Shown: piece after piece, positions 9,329 to 18,694 of the stretch | Numbering within the stretch: the stretch's first letter is position 1 | How the letters are laid out: each line of letters begins with the position of its first letter | Assembly: GCA_963663765.2 (NCBI GenBank) | Contig: CAXXUA010000013.1 | Coordinates: 416,001-480,000, forward strand | DNA from: Candidatus Poribacteria bacterium | Lineage (GTDB): Bacteria > Poribacteria > WGA-4E > WGA-3G | Length of the DNA stretch: 64,000 bases | Direction: 5' to 3' | The notes under the pieces: generated by a model | Told to the model about the DNA's origin: nothing | Seen by the model: the letters and a program-made list of their open reading frames with translations, nothing else | Databases searched by the model: none | Program-made: the position numbers and the translations under genes

Positions 9329-10087
9329 TTAATAAAGGGACATTAAACCTTCTGCTCTGGGAATCGGTTTATGTTCAAATTCGGGTGAAATCCACCGTGC
9401 TCCGGATGGTTTACCGGGATTGCGATAGGCGTAGACAACACACCAGCGAGTATCACTATCGGGTTTTCTGGGGGTTACGGCATGTGCTGCATGCGTCCAC
9501 ATCAATATGACCGTTCCAGACGGCACGGAAAGAGGTCGAATCTGCAAGGCTTCACCCGTTTCAGGATGGGTTTTACCTACCAACCATCCCTCCCTCAACG
9601 CTTCATCTGTCCCGCCGTGAATTCTTCCATCTCGGTAAAGATGACTACCGGGTACTGCCTTCAAACCTCCATCGTCCGCTTCAAATCCATTTACATAGAA
9701 GAAGATACGGACAAATCCATATCTCGGATCATCATCTGAATATCCGTGGCTGTGCCAACCGATACCACCATTACCGCCAGAACGATTGAGACTTACACAA
9801 TGGTCATATCGGATATCTTCACCGAGTACTATACGAGCAAGCTCCAACATCTGTGGGTGCGCGATGATGCTTTCCAGATAACTATCAAATTCAGCAGAAA
9901 AACGGTTTGGTTCATGCCCTTTTTCACCGTTAGGAATTAACGATTGAATATGTGCAAGAGATTCTGTCAAATGTTTCTGAGCTTCAGCCGTAAGTATACC
10001 TGGTAGAACATAATGTCCATCATAATCTAATTCTTTTCGTTCTTTTTCCCCGAAGGTGTAATCATAAAATATCGGTATATGTTTCAT
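9329..10087 (-). CDS. PhyH-like Fe(II)/2OG dioxygenase (HxH variant), paralog 2
   Basis: Colinear with 8534-9292. Start placed at ATG 10087 (MKHIP) to match the paralog length and avoid overlap with the WD40 gene. Confidence 0.88.
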   Translation of the reverse strand: MKHIPIFYDYTFGEKERKELDYDGHYVLPGILTAEAQKHLTESLAHIQSLIPNGEKGHEPNRFSAEFDSYLESIIAHPQMLELARIVLGEDIRYDHCVSLNRSGGNGGIGWHSHGYSDDDPRYGFVRIFFYVNGFEADDGGLKAVPGSHLYRDGRIHGGTDEALREGWLVGKTHPETGEALQIRPLSVPSGTVILMWTHAAHAVTPRKPDSDTRWCVVYAYRNPGKPSGARWISPEFEHKPIPRAEGLMSLY

Positions 10088-10095
10088 AGTAAAAC

Positions 10096-11961
10096 CTAAT
10101 CCAATGATGATTTCCATAAGATCACAGATCCGTCTGAACCCCCACTTGCAATGGTGCTGCCATCAGGACTAAATGCTACACTCCTGATCCAAGACACATG
10201 TCCCTTATAAGTGCGGATAAGTTCACCTGTGTTTGCATTCCACACTCGGACGGTTGAGTCTGCACCTGCACTTACGAGGGTATTACCATCAGGACTAAAG
10301 GAAACGCTTAAGACATCATCCGTATGTCCTTCGAGAGTGCGGAGATGCTTACCGGTATTTGCATTCCATAAATAGATAGTCCCGCTACCATTTCCACTTG
10401 CAAGTGTGCTACCTTTTGGACTAAAGCATACGCTATGGACCCAACCTGTGCGTCCTTCAAGGGTACGGAGATGCTTTCCGGTATTCACATGCCACACTGG
10501 TATCCTGGATCCAGAACTTCCACTTGCGAGTATGCTACCATCAGCATTAAAAGACACGCTATAGAAATTACCCGTATTCTTCCCTCCTACTAAGGTGCGG
10601 AGATGCGTGCGGGAGTTGACATGCCATAGACGTACGGTGTTGTCAAAACTCCCGCTTGCAATGGTGTTGCCATCAGGACTAAAAGACACACTGTAGATTG
10701 TCCATTCATGTCCTTCAAGTGTGTGGAGATGCTCACTAGTGTTTACATTCCATAGTCGAATGGTGGCATCCTTACTTCCACTTGCGAGGATGTTACCATC
10801 AGGACTAAAGGATACACTCCTGACCAAACCAGTATGTCCTTCAAACTGACGAAGATGCTTACCCGTACTTACATTCCAAAGATGGATGGCGTGGTCATCA
10901 CCTCCACTTGCGAGTGTCTTACCATCAGGACTAAAAGACACACTCCAGACCCTATCCGTATGACCTTCAATTGTACGGATAGGGTCACCTGTGTTTACAT
11001 TCCATAAACGGATAGTATCATCCGAACCACCACTTGCAAGTATGTTATCATCAGAACTAAAAGATAGACTTTTAACCCAACCCGTATGCACTTCAATAGA
11101 GCGGAGTTGTTTTCCATTTTTCACATTCCATACACGTATAGTGGCATAATTACCGCTACTTGCGAGTAGGTTACCATCAGAACTAATTGATACACTGTAG
11201 ATCTGTCCTTTATGTCCTTCAAGGGTGCGGAGTTGTTTTCCATTTTTCACATCCCATACACGGATAATGCCTTCCCAACTTCCACTTGCTAAGGTGTTAC
11301 CGTCAGGACTAAAAACTACACTAACAACCGGTTCCTTATGTCCTACAAGTGTACGGAGTTGCATACCTGTATTCACATCCCAAAACTGTATAGTGTTATC
11401 CATACTGCCACTGGCAAGAATGCTACCATCAGGACTAAAGGATACGCTTAGGACTGACTCCGTATGTCCGTGAAGACTGCGGAGAAATCTACCAGTATCT
11501 ACATTCCATAGAATGACGGTATTGTATGTACTACAACTGGCAAGAGTGCTACCATCGGGACTAAAGGACACACTGCTGACACCCCTTCCAAGTCCTTCAA
11601 GTGTGTGGAGATGCTTACCGGTATTTGCATTCCATAGACGGATAGTGGTATCATAACTGCCACTGGCGATGGTGTTACCATCAAGACTAAAAGATACACA
11701 CATTACATCTTCTTTATGTCCAGTCAATAGGTTCAGTTCTGCACCTGTCTTGGCATCATATATCCATACACCGATACTACTTGCCACGGCAAGTTTAGCA
11801 CCGTCTGGTGAATACCGAATCTCATTAATTTTACCTTTTCCGAGTCGCAATAAAGCACCATCAGGTAAACTCCATTTTGATGTGTCTTGGGCAAGGAGGC
11901 TGCTTGTAAAAGTTAGTGTCATACAGAGCGTTATCATTATTGACAGTATTTTGTTTTTCAT
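10096..11961 (-). CDS. Secreted WD40-repeat protein
   Basis: Signal peptide, LPDGALLRLGKG lead-in, about 13 GH..V.SVSFSPDG..LASG..D.T..LW repeats. Confidence 0.95.
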   Translation of the reverse strand: MKNKILSIMITLCMTLTFTSSLLAQDTSKWSLPDGALLRLGKGKINEIRYSPDGAKLAVASSIGVWIYDAKTGAELNLLTGHKEDVMCVSFSLDGNTIASGSYDTTIRLWNANTGKHLHTLEGLGRGVSSVSFSPDGSTLASCSTYNTVILWNVDTGRFLRSLHGHTESVLSVSFSPDGSILASGSMDNTIQFWDVNTGMQLRTLVGHKEPVVSVVFSPDGNTLASGSWEGIIRVWDVKNGKQLRTLEGHKGQIYSVSISSDGNLLASSGNYATIRVWNVKNGKQLRSIEVHTGWVKSLSFSSDDNILASGGSDDTIRLWNVNTGDPIRTIEGHTDRVWSVSFSPDGKTLASGGDDHAIHLWNVSTGKHLRQFEGHTGLVRSVSFSPDGNILASGSKDATIRLWNVNTSEHLHTLEGHEWTIYSVSFSPDGNTIASGSFDNTVRLWHVNSRTHLRTLVGGKNTGNFYSVSFNADGSILASGSSGSRIPVWHVNTGKHLRTLEGRTGWVHSVCFSPKGSTLASGNGSGTIYLWNANTGKHLRTLEGHTDDVLSVSFSPDGNTLVSAGADSTVRVWNANTGELIRTYKGHVSWIRSVAFSPDGSTIASGGSDGSVILWKSSLD

Positions 11962-12015
11962 AACACTTGTATTCCTTTAGTGTCAAAGGATAAAACCATT
12001 ATGGTCAATATGGTA

Positions 12016-12996
12016 TTAGACAAACGCAGCTTTATCCACATCTGCAAGATACACACGAGCACCATTTTGTAATGCAGACCGATGTACTGCAGCTTCAAAG
12101 AGGAGTTCATTCCATGCGGCTTCTCCATCTGCAGGGAACGGTTGGTCATTTTGCATGCCTTTGATGACTCCATCAGCCATTCTCTTAAATGACTCAGGCA
12201 TTTCAGGTTGTCCGGGTTCATTCTCCCATTTTTCCAGTATTTCTGAGTTTCCAGCTTTCCGCAGCAAATATGAACCGTCTAAACCACGAGCTTCCGCGTA
12301 AGACTTGTCACCCAGTATCTTAACGCGCAGCGGATGGTCATCATATCCCCACAGGTTTGTGCCAGTAAGAGTACCGACGACACCGTTTTCCCATCCAATA
12401 TGTATCAGTCGTTTCCAACCGCCACCCTCATTCGGATCGCCAACAACATTCACCCATTCAGGTGTACCCATATTCCAGAGAATCTGGTCAATGATGTGTG
12501 ACCAACAGTTGAAGTGGGCGCGGGCATGTACCATCTTGATCTCACCTAATCTACCTTCAACAACATCGTCATGCAGTTTCTTAAAATGTTCCATAAAGCG
12601 ATAGTTGAAATCAATACCAAATTTCTGGTCAGATTCACGCCAAGTTGCAATCGCAGGGGCAGCAATTGAAAGGTCAGCTTCTCGCACTGTCGCTTGACCC
12701 TGTAAGCCACATAATGGCTTCTCTGTGAATACATTTCTACCAGCCTCAAGTAACTCTCGCAATGGCGGGATGCGACGGGTCTCGTTAACTATCAATAGAA
12801 CAAGTTCAGCATCGCAATTTGCCAACAAGTCTTCAATAGATAAATATCCAGGCACACCAAAATGTTCCTTTGCTTTCTCAAGAAGTCCAGAATCCATTTC
12901 GCATACTGCAACAACTTCTGCGTCCGGATGATTGTGGAAATTCCCACCATGCATCATACCCATGCCTCTACCGCTGATAAGTGCACATTTTACCAT
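12016..12996 (-). CDS. Gfo/Idh/MocA family oxidoreductase
   Basis: N-terminal Rossmann GRGMG, VFTEKP and FNYRF motifs. Confidence 0.88.
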   Translation of the reverse strand: MVKCALISGRGMGMMHGGNFHNHPDAEVVAVCEMDSGLLEKAKEHFGVPGYLSIEDLLANCDAELVLLIVNETRRIPPLRELLEAGRNVFTEKPLCGLQGQATVREADLSIAAPAIATWRESDQKFGIDFNYRFMEHFKKLHDDVVEGRLGEIKMVHARAHFNCWSHIIDQILWNMGTPEWVNVVGDPNEGGGWKRLIHIGWENGVVGTLTGTNLWGYDDHPLRVKILGDKSYAEARGLDGSYLLRKAGNSEILEKWENEPGQPEMPESFKRMADGVIKGMQNDQPFPADGEAAWNELLFEAAVHRSALQNGARVYLADVDKAAFV

Positions 12997-13673
12997 AACT
13001 AAATCCTTTTTCTCGTGTATACTCAGATGGTTGTCAAAAAACCCTAAGTGGTATCTGAGTATAGGTTTGTTTCTGACTAAAAGCTTTTTCCGAGTAGTAT
13101 ATCACACACAATAAAAAATTCAAGTAAAAAGTACCTGTATCCGCAATTCGTTCAATTACACAGGAACCCATAACCGATTCAACAAACCTATTGGATATCT
13201 ATTGGAAATCCCAATAAACAGACACCCAAAAAACTACAAACACCATCAAAAACCATATATAATATATACAATACAAAAACTAAAAAACACCAACAAGAAA
13301 ACCGTACCAAAATGTGATGAAAAAAATCAGAAACCAACAATAAATATCCCAATGATCCCTTATGAACACTGGACGCATTATCCATCAACAAAACCGTACC
13401 AGAAACCTAAAAAACCGTACCGTATGAAGATTAAGTAATTAAACGGGTAATAAATATTTCTCACATGGTAGGTGTGCTTTGTAAGAGCGCTGTTTGGACT
13501 TGTTGGGCCAGCGCGCTTACAAAGCACCAAATCAAGTAATCAAGAAATCAACGGTATGAATGCCTTTTGGCATTCCCCGGGTATGAATACCTTATGGTAA
13601 CGACTTGTGCCAGTTAACAAAATGTTTATACTAAATTCACATATATTGGGTATGGTATATAAACATTTCGTCT

Positions 13674-13816
13674 CATAGGCGTCAATTTAAGGGTTTTGAC
13701 CTCTTGTAGGAGGGGTTTTCAACCCCGATTTGAGAGAAAATGAACATAAAATCGGGGTTGAAAACCCCTCCCACAAGAGAAAATGCCAACACTTTTTTCT
13801 TAAATTGACGCCTATG
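13674..13816. mobile_element. MITE, 18-bp TIR CATAGGCGTCAATTTAAG, REP cargo
   Basis: Perfect TIR pair at 13674-13691 / 13799-13816. Internal GGAGGGGTTTTCAACCCCGATTT..AAATCGGGGTTGAAAACCCCTCC. Confidence 0.8.
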
Positions 13817-14254
13817 GGTATATATACATTTCGTCCCTACGGGACTAAAGATCATCTAAAGCAAAAGAAGGACGGTTAAATCTTCTTGTCTATCAATACC
13901 TTCGCCATTTTTGAGTGCTTCAGTTGAATGAGTATATAGTGTTGATTTACCATTGCTCTGTGATATTGTTAGGATTACATAAATAAAAATAACTTCAGGT
14001 TTTCGTTGAAGTATTTTTAATTATCATAACGTCAACTATAGTTTGGACAATTTTCATCTTGTAGAAGTTGATTATTCAACAGAACGTCTATTTTTCTCCG
14101 AGTTTCGTCCATTTGTGAAACTGGAGAAAATGATGTGCTCCAGCGGAGTGTTATGTGCGGCTCCAACATACCGCTCCGCTGGAGCGGGGATGCGGGCTGA
14201 CAATGTGACTATAAACATATTGCTCCGCTGGAGCAAAGAAAGTTCCGTTTTGGT

Positions 14255-14574
14255 CAGGGTTATTCAGTTTTAAAAGTTTTCTGTTATTTTGATTTACTGA
14301 AAGTTAATACCCAAATGCAGTTTCCTAACTGCACCTTAGACATCAATTTTAGACATCAATTTTAGATTATTGAAACCTGAACATCGGTCTTTAGTCCCGT
14401 AGGGACGATATGTTTATTCTTCTATGCCGTTCCTACGGAACTCAAGAGGGGTAGATAACATTTTTCTATAAACATATCGTCCCTACGGGACTAAAGACAT
14501 AGACAATATGGCAACACATAATATTAACGACATAGCAAAACATTATCAAAAATATTGAAAACTGAATAACCCTG
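14255..14574. mobile_element. MITE, 17-bp TIR CAGGGTTATTCAGTTTT (CAGGG end is ISAs1-like), REP cargo
   Basis: Perfect TIRs at 14255-14271 / 14558-14574; contains the GTCCCGTAGGGAC / GTCCCTACGGGAC REP cluster. Confidence 0.78.
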
Positions 14575-14638
14575 TTATCATAGCGTCTAATTTGACAATT
14601 GAATGACTATATCAGCAATCTGTCAGAATAATTTATAT

Positions 14639-14817
14639 GCACAATCTGGCAGAATGTGCTACAACTACACGCACAATCTGGAAGAATGTGCTACAACTAC
14701 ACGCACAATCTGGAAGAATGTGCTACAACTACACGCACAATCTGGAAGAATGTGCTACAACTACACGCACAGTCTGGAAGAATGTGCTACAACTACACGC
14801 ACAATCTGGAAGAATGT
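14639..14817. repeat. 32-bp tandem repeat (5 units + partial), no spacers
   Basis: Unit GCACAATCTGGAAGAATGTGCTACAACTACAC at 14639, 14671, 14703, 14735, 14767 and partial at 14799. Confidence 0.95.
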
Positions 14818-14821
14818 CTAT

Positions 14822-14966
14822 TATAGTAGAATTTAGAATTACCTGAACACTTCGATCTACGCGTTTAGCAAAACTTGTAGCATAACCTATTAGGTTGTGC
14901 TACGTTTCCGCACAACCTAATAGATTATGCTACAGTAGTGTAAAGATAATTACAGATTTTACTATA
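14822..14966. mobile_element. IS630/Correia-like MITE inserted at TA inside MITE copy 1
   Basis: TATAGTAGAATTTAGAATTA / TAATTACAGATTTTACTATA. The empty site GTCTAT-TA-TTGGCG in copies 2 and 3 shows a TA duplication. Internal GTAGCATAACC hairpins. Confidence 0.8.
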
Positions 14967-15316
14967 TTAGCGAAGGTATTGGTCTATGTGAAGTAATTTT
15001 TAATAAATAGTTATTTAGTACAAGTCGCTACTTTCAGGCAATTGGTAATTTTTTCTGTACACGAATCTTGTCTATGACTGGGTTTTTCCGAAGATAAAAT
15101 TACCAATTTTACCAATATGATAAATGTCAGTTTATTAATTAATCTTCGTACGGTACGGTTTAAACAGGCAAGTTTTGAATAGAAATGCACATCAAGAACC
15201 CTGATGAGGAAAATCTTGGTATTCTAAAAAACCTTGTTCAGATGGAATCACGGATTACGCGGATGACGCGGAGAAGATTACGACACATGATCATATCTCT
15301 TAGAAAACGCTTGTAA

Positions 15317-15404
15317 TACCCAATTAACGTGAGTCGTCTTGCTAAGTGTGCGGTTAGGAAACCGCACCTACCGTTGAAAAAAGATAAATTACGTTAATTT
15401 GGTA
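15317..15404. mobile_element. Short MITE, TIR TACC(C/A)AATTAACG, REP cargo; second copy 32857-33004
   Basis: TACCCAATTAACGT / ACGTTAATTTGGTA with internal GTGCGGTTAGGAAACCGCACCTAC. Confidence 0.65.
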
Positions 15405-15455
15405 TAACTCCCTGTTGATGGTGCTATAATCATCTATATACCATATATTATTGAG

Positions 15456-16352
15456 GTGAATATGAAAACAATAGAGAATATAAAAATTGGTTTTATTGGA
15501 TTAGGAAACATGGGCAGCCGGATGGTGAAGAATCTATTGAATGCAGGATATGAAACCCTATGTTACGATATTGATAAGACAAAATCCGAGAAAATAAACA
15601 CACTTGGAGCAGGAGTAGCAAAGGATTCCACCCAAGTCGTCAAAGAATCCGATGTTGTTATGACCAGTTTGCGTTCCTCAGATGTCTTTTTCAACGTTGC
15701 AGAGAACTATTTCATTCCTAATGCTAAGGATGGACAAACATTTATAGATTTAGGCACTTCTGAAGTAGAAAAGACACGAGACTTAGCAGCAGAATTAGCC
15801 AAAAAAGGGGCAACTCTAATTGACGCACCAGTCAGTGGCGGACCTCACGGTTCAGAAATAGGGACACTTCGTATTTTTGTCGGTGGAGATGTAGAAGTTG
15901 TTGCAAAGTGTCGTCCAATCTTAGAAGTCCTCGGTGAACCAAAATTTGTTGTATACTGTGGTCAATGCGGTTCAGGACAAATCGTAAAAGGAGTAAACCA
16001 ATTGGCAATGGGACTTGGAGCTGCTGCTTACATGGAGGCTATGGCGTTTGGTGTTTGTGCTGGTGTTGATCCCACAGCAATTCGCAACGCCATTGGCTTG
16101 GGAGATGGGTGGAGAGGGGAGTTTGACACAATTGCTAAACGTATCATTGATGGAAAAGGAAAGTCGTTAGTTGTAAAATATCCTGAATTACACTATTTCC
16201 TCACTGCTGCGGAAGAATTAAACTATAAGATTCCACTTACGGAAGCTCTATTTGAATTTTGTCAGCAAGGAAGTTATGAAATGTTTGACAACATGAACCG
16301 TCCATCACGTTCATTCTGGCATGAATTAACAAAAGTATCAGAGGATGAATAG
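15456..16352 (+). CDS. NAD(P)-dependent beta-hydroxyacid dehydrogenase (3-hydroxyisobutyrate dehydrogenase / tartronate semialdehyde reductase family)
   Basis: IGFIGLGNMG, DAPVSGG, GSGQIVKGVNQ. Confidence 0.92.
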   Translation: MNMKTIENIKIGFIGLGNMGSRMVKNLLNAGYETLCYDIDKTKSEKINTLGAGVAKDSTQVVKESDVVMTSLRSSDVFFNVAENYFIPNAKDGQTFIDLGTSEVEKTRDLAAELAKKGATLIDAPVSGGPHGSEIGTLRIFVGGDVEVVAKCRPILEVLGEPKFVVYCGQCGSGQIVKGVNQLAMGLGAAAYMEAMAFGVCAGVDPTAIRNAIGLGDGWRGEFDTIAKRIIDGKGKSLVVKYPELHYFLTAAEELNYKIPLTEALFEFCQQGSYEMFDNMNRPSRSFWHELTKVSEDE

Positions 16353-16391
16353 GTTGATACGTTGAGAGAAAATGTTTGAAGTTGATTCTGT

Positions 16392-17477
16392 CTATTGTGT
16401 TGCAGATTTTGCACAGCGAAAACCTGTCAAGCGACTTGTTTGTACAGGATTATTACCACGACGATGCGTAATCCATATCCGTGGTTGACCACTTTCTACC
16501 CATAAACCCCCACGCACCGAACGCGTTGTGGTGATGTCAAATGCATTATCTATTATATCCTTTACTGTATCTGCACCTGCGATTGGATTGCTGTCTGACA
16601 GATCTTCGTAGTTTCTGTCATACGCATCAAGACACCATTCTAATACATTACCAACTATATCGTAAAGACCATATCCGTTAGGAGGATACTCACCAACTGA
16701 TTTAGTACTACCGGCATAACCGACATTCAAACTGATATTTGCTTTTGTATCATCAATAGAATGTCCCCATGGGTATTTTTGACCTTCAATGCCACCACGG
16801 GCAGCTTTTTCCCATTCTGCTTCAGTCGGAAGTCGTTTATCTAACCAATTAGCATAAGCACTTGCTGCATACCAACTCACATTAAGGACTGGATGATCAG
16901 CTTTGTCACTTGGATAGGAGTTTTCTGTCCAATGTGCAAGATAATTGCCATCATGAAACCGAATGTCTATATTTTCCATTTGCCATTCAGTATTGGCATC
17001 AATGAATTTCTTGAAATCTGAATTCGTTACCTCATAGATGTCAATATAAAACGCATCAACATACACAGAATGTCCGGGTTGTTCAACGTTTCCTGCTTCT
17101 CCACTGATACTACCCAATTGGAATTCTCCTGCAGGAATAAGGACCATGTCTTCTGGGATGATGACTTTTTCTTCAACGGTGTAAGTGAGATTACGATTGC
17201 CATTATCCCAAGCTAATTCTATCTCAAGTGTGCCTTGTGTGAATGGTCCCAAAATCGTAACGGTGTTTTCTGAAATGACTGCTTCTCCCATTGAGACACT
17301 AAGATTCTGTGGATTTCCTGTAAAACTTACAGTGATCGTTTCATCAATAAATATTGAACTTCCATCAGTAGGAGTAACAGATTGGATTTTAACGGATTCT
17401 TCTTCTCCGCAACCTATTATCAGAAAAATGGAAACATAAATTACGATAATTGTGAAAAGATAATAACTTCTGTACAA
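16392..17477 (-). CDS. Lipoprotein with FGE-sulfatase (SUMF1-like) domain
   Basis: Lipobox-like IIGC, YEVTN, RLPTEAEWEKAARGG, PNGYGLYD, GFRCA. Confidence 0.88.
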   Translation of the reverse strand: MYRSYYLFTIIVIYVSIFLIIGCGEEESVKIQSVTPTDGSSIFIDETITVSFTGNPQNLSVSMGEAVISENTVTILGPFTQGTLEIELAWDNGNRNLTYTVEEKVIIPEDMVLIPAGEFQLGSISGEAGNVEQPGHSVYVDAFYIDIYEVTNSDFKKFIDANTEWQMENIDIRFHDGNYLAHWTENSYPSDKADHPVLNVSWYAASAYANWLDKRLPTEAEWEKAARGGIEGQKYPWGHSIDDTKANISLNVGYAGSTKSVGEYPPNGYGLYDIVGNVLEWCLDAYDRNYEDLSDSNPIAGADTVKDIIDNAFDITTTRSVRGGLWVESGQPRIWITHRRGNNPVQTSRLTGFRCAKSATQ

Positions 17478-17489
17478 ATGTACCTCCTA

Positions 17490-18272
17490 TTAATTCTGAT
17501 GTCTATGGTTGTCAAACACCTGTTCCATTTCAACTTTCAACAATTGGAAGAGTTCACTTTTGAATTTAATTAGTTCTCTATCAGTAATATCTCTTGGTCT
17601 TGGTAATGGAACGTCTATCTCTGCTTTTATGGAAGCCGGCCTCGCAGTTAAAATATAGATTTTATCAGCGAGAAGCAGAGCTTCCTCTATGTCGTGTGTA
17701 ATCAACAAAACTGTCTGTCTACCTTGTTGCCAAATGTCTAATAGAATGGATTGCATCACTGTTCGTGTCATTGCATCCAACGACCCAAAAGGTTCATCCA
17801 AAAGCAAGATGTTTTTTTGCATGAGAAGCGTCCGTACCAATGCAACACGTTGACGCATTCCACCTGACAGTTGTGTTGGATAACTATTTGCAAAACCCTT
17901 TAATCCCAACTGTGTTAAAAGTCTTTGTGCTTCTTTAATTGATGGTATAATAGATTTTTTCTGTATTTCTGGTCCGATGAGAACATTTCCTATTACTGTT
18001 CGCCATTGTAACAGAAGATCCTTTTGCTGCATATACCCAAATGCACCTGTTATACCATGAATCTGATTAGTGTTAAGATAAACTTTTCCAGAATGTGGTC
18101 TGATGATTCCACTAATGATGTTAAACAACGTACTCTTGCCACAACCAGAAGGACCGAGCAAAGCAACGAATTGACCCGATTTAACCGAGAATGATAAGTC
18201 ATTCAATACGGACAATCTTTCTTTGTTAATTTCATAAGAATGGGTTATATGCTCTACTCGTAGCTGTGCCAT
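17490..18272 (-). CDS. ABC transporter ATP-binding protein (nitrate/sulfonate/thiamine-precursor type)
   Basis: GPSGCGKST, LSGGMRQR, LLDEPF, THD. No adjacent permease gene. Confidence 0.92.
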   Translation of the reverse strand: MAQLRVEHITHSYEINKERLSVLNDLSFSVKSGQFVALLGPSGCGKSTLFNIISGIIRPHSGKVYLNTNQIHGITGAFGYMQQKDLLLQWRTVIGNVLIGPEIQKKSIIPSIKEAQRLLTQLGLKGFANSYPTQLSGGMRQRVALVRTLLMQKNILLLDEPFGSLDAMTRTVMQSILLDIWQQGRQTVLLITHDIEEALLLADKIYILTARPASIKAEIDVPLPRPRDITDRELIKFKSELFQLLKVEMEQVFDNHRHQN

Positions 18273-18340
18273 AAAACGATTGAACTGTCCATTTGAGTAT
18301 CAATACCAATTTTAGAGAACTTGCTGCCTAAGAATTTTAA

Positions 18341-18690
18341 GGGTGTGTAAAGTTTTTGCACAGAGGTACAAACTTTTGTTCTCTTTAGTCCCGTAGGGAC
18401 GCAATGTTTATAGATAGGTGTAATCACCCTCTCTTGAGTTCCGTAGGAACGACATAGAAGAATAAACATATCGTCCCTACGGGACTAAAGAACTGGGAAG
18501 GGTACTTGTTTTCTATAAACATATCGTCCCTACGGGACTGAAGAGTATGGTTGATATTAACAATATTTCCTTATATTGACACCTATGGGTCTCTGTACCC
18601 GGAATCTCTCATTTAATCAGTTGTGGCGGGGTACAGAGACCCCGCTCTACAATGGAGAATGTGCAGTTTGTGCAAAAACTTTACACACCC
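18341..18690. mobile_element. IS256-like MITE, 22-bp TIR, REP cargo
   Basis: GGGTGTGTAAAGTTTTTGCACA / TGTGCAAAAACTTTACACACCC; perfect 8-bp TSD AATTTTAA, which includes the DUF58 stop codon. Confidence 0.88.
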
Positions 18691-18694
18691 AATT

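Larger units (their letters stand above)
13894..14981. mobile_element. CAATACCTTCGCCA-TIR MITE copy 1 (VNTR-bearing, with nested insertions)
   Basis: TIR with one mismatch at the right end; 6-bp TSD GTCTAT on both sides; body near-identical to copies at 21112 and 52109. Confidence 0.88.
13412..15161. repeat. ~32-bp inverted repeat bracketing a nested MITE/REP cluster
   Basis: AAACCGTACCGTATGAAGATTAAGTAATTAAAC (13412-13444) versus the reverse complement of 15130-15161, AAACCGTACCGTACGAAGATTAATTAATAAAC. Confidence 0.65.

Noticed and set aside
10096-11961. DNA-level repeats in WD40 genes as a diversifying system
   Set aside because: Explained by ordinary ~42-codon WD40 repeat expansion; no recombinase or RT is adjacent.
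13188-13438. ORFs 13188-13391 and 13202-13438
   Set aside because: Low-complexity products of the compositional skew (K/N/T/P-rich or F/L/V-rich), not credible proteins.
14639-14817. 32-bp repeats as a CRISPR array (also 21288-21370 and 52285-52431)
   Set aside because: Units are head-to-tail with no unique spacers, there are no cas genes, and all three arrays lie inside one TIR/TSD-bounded MITE.
14603-14846. ORFs 14603-14836, 14637-14846 and 21256-21480
   Set aside because: They are translations of the stop-free tandem repeat and its MITE, with no RBS or protein-like features.
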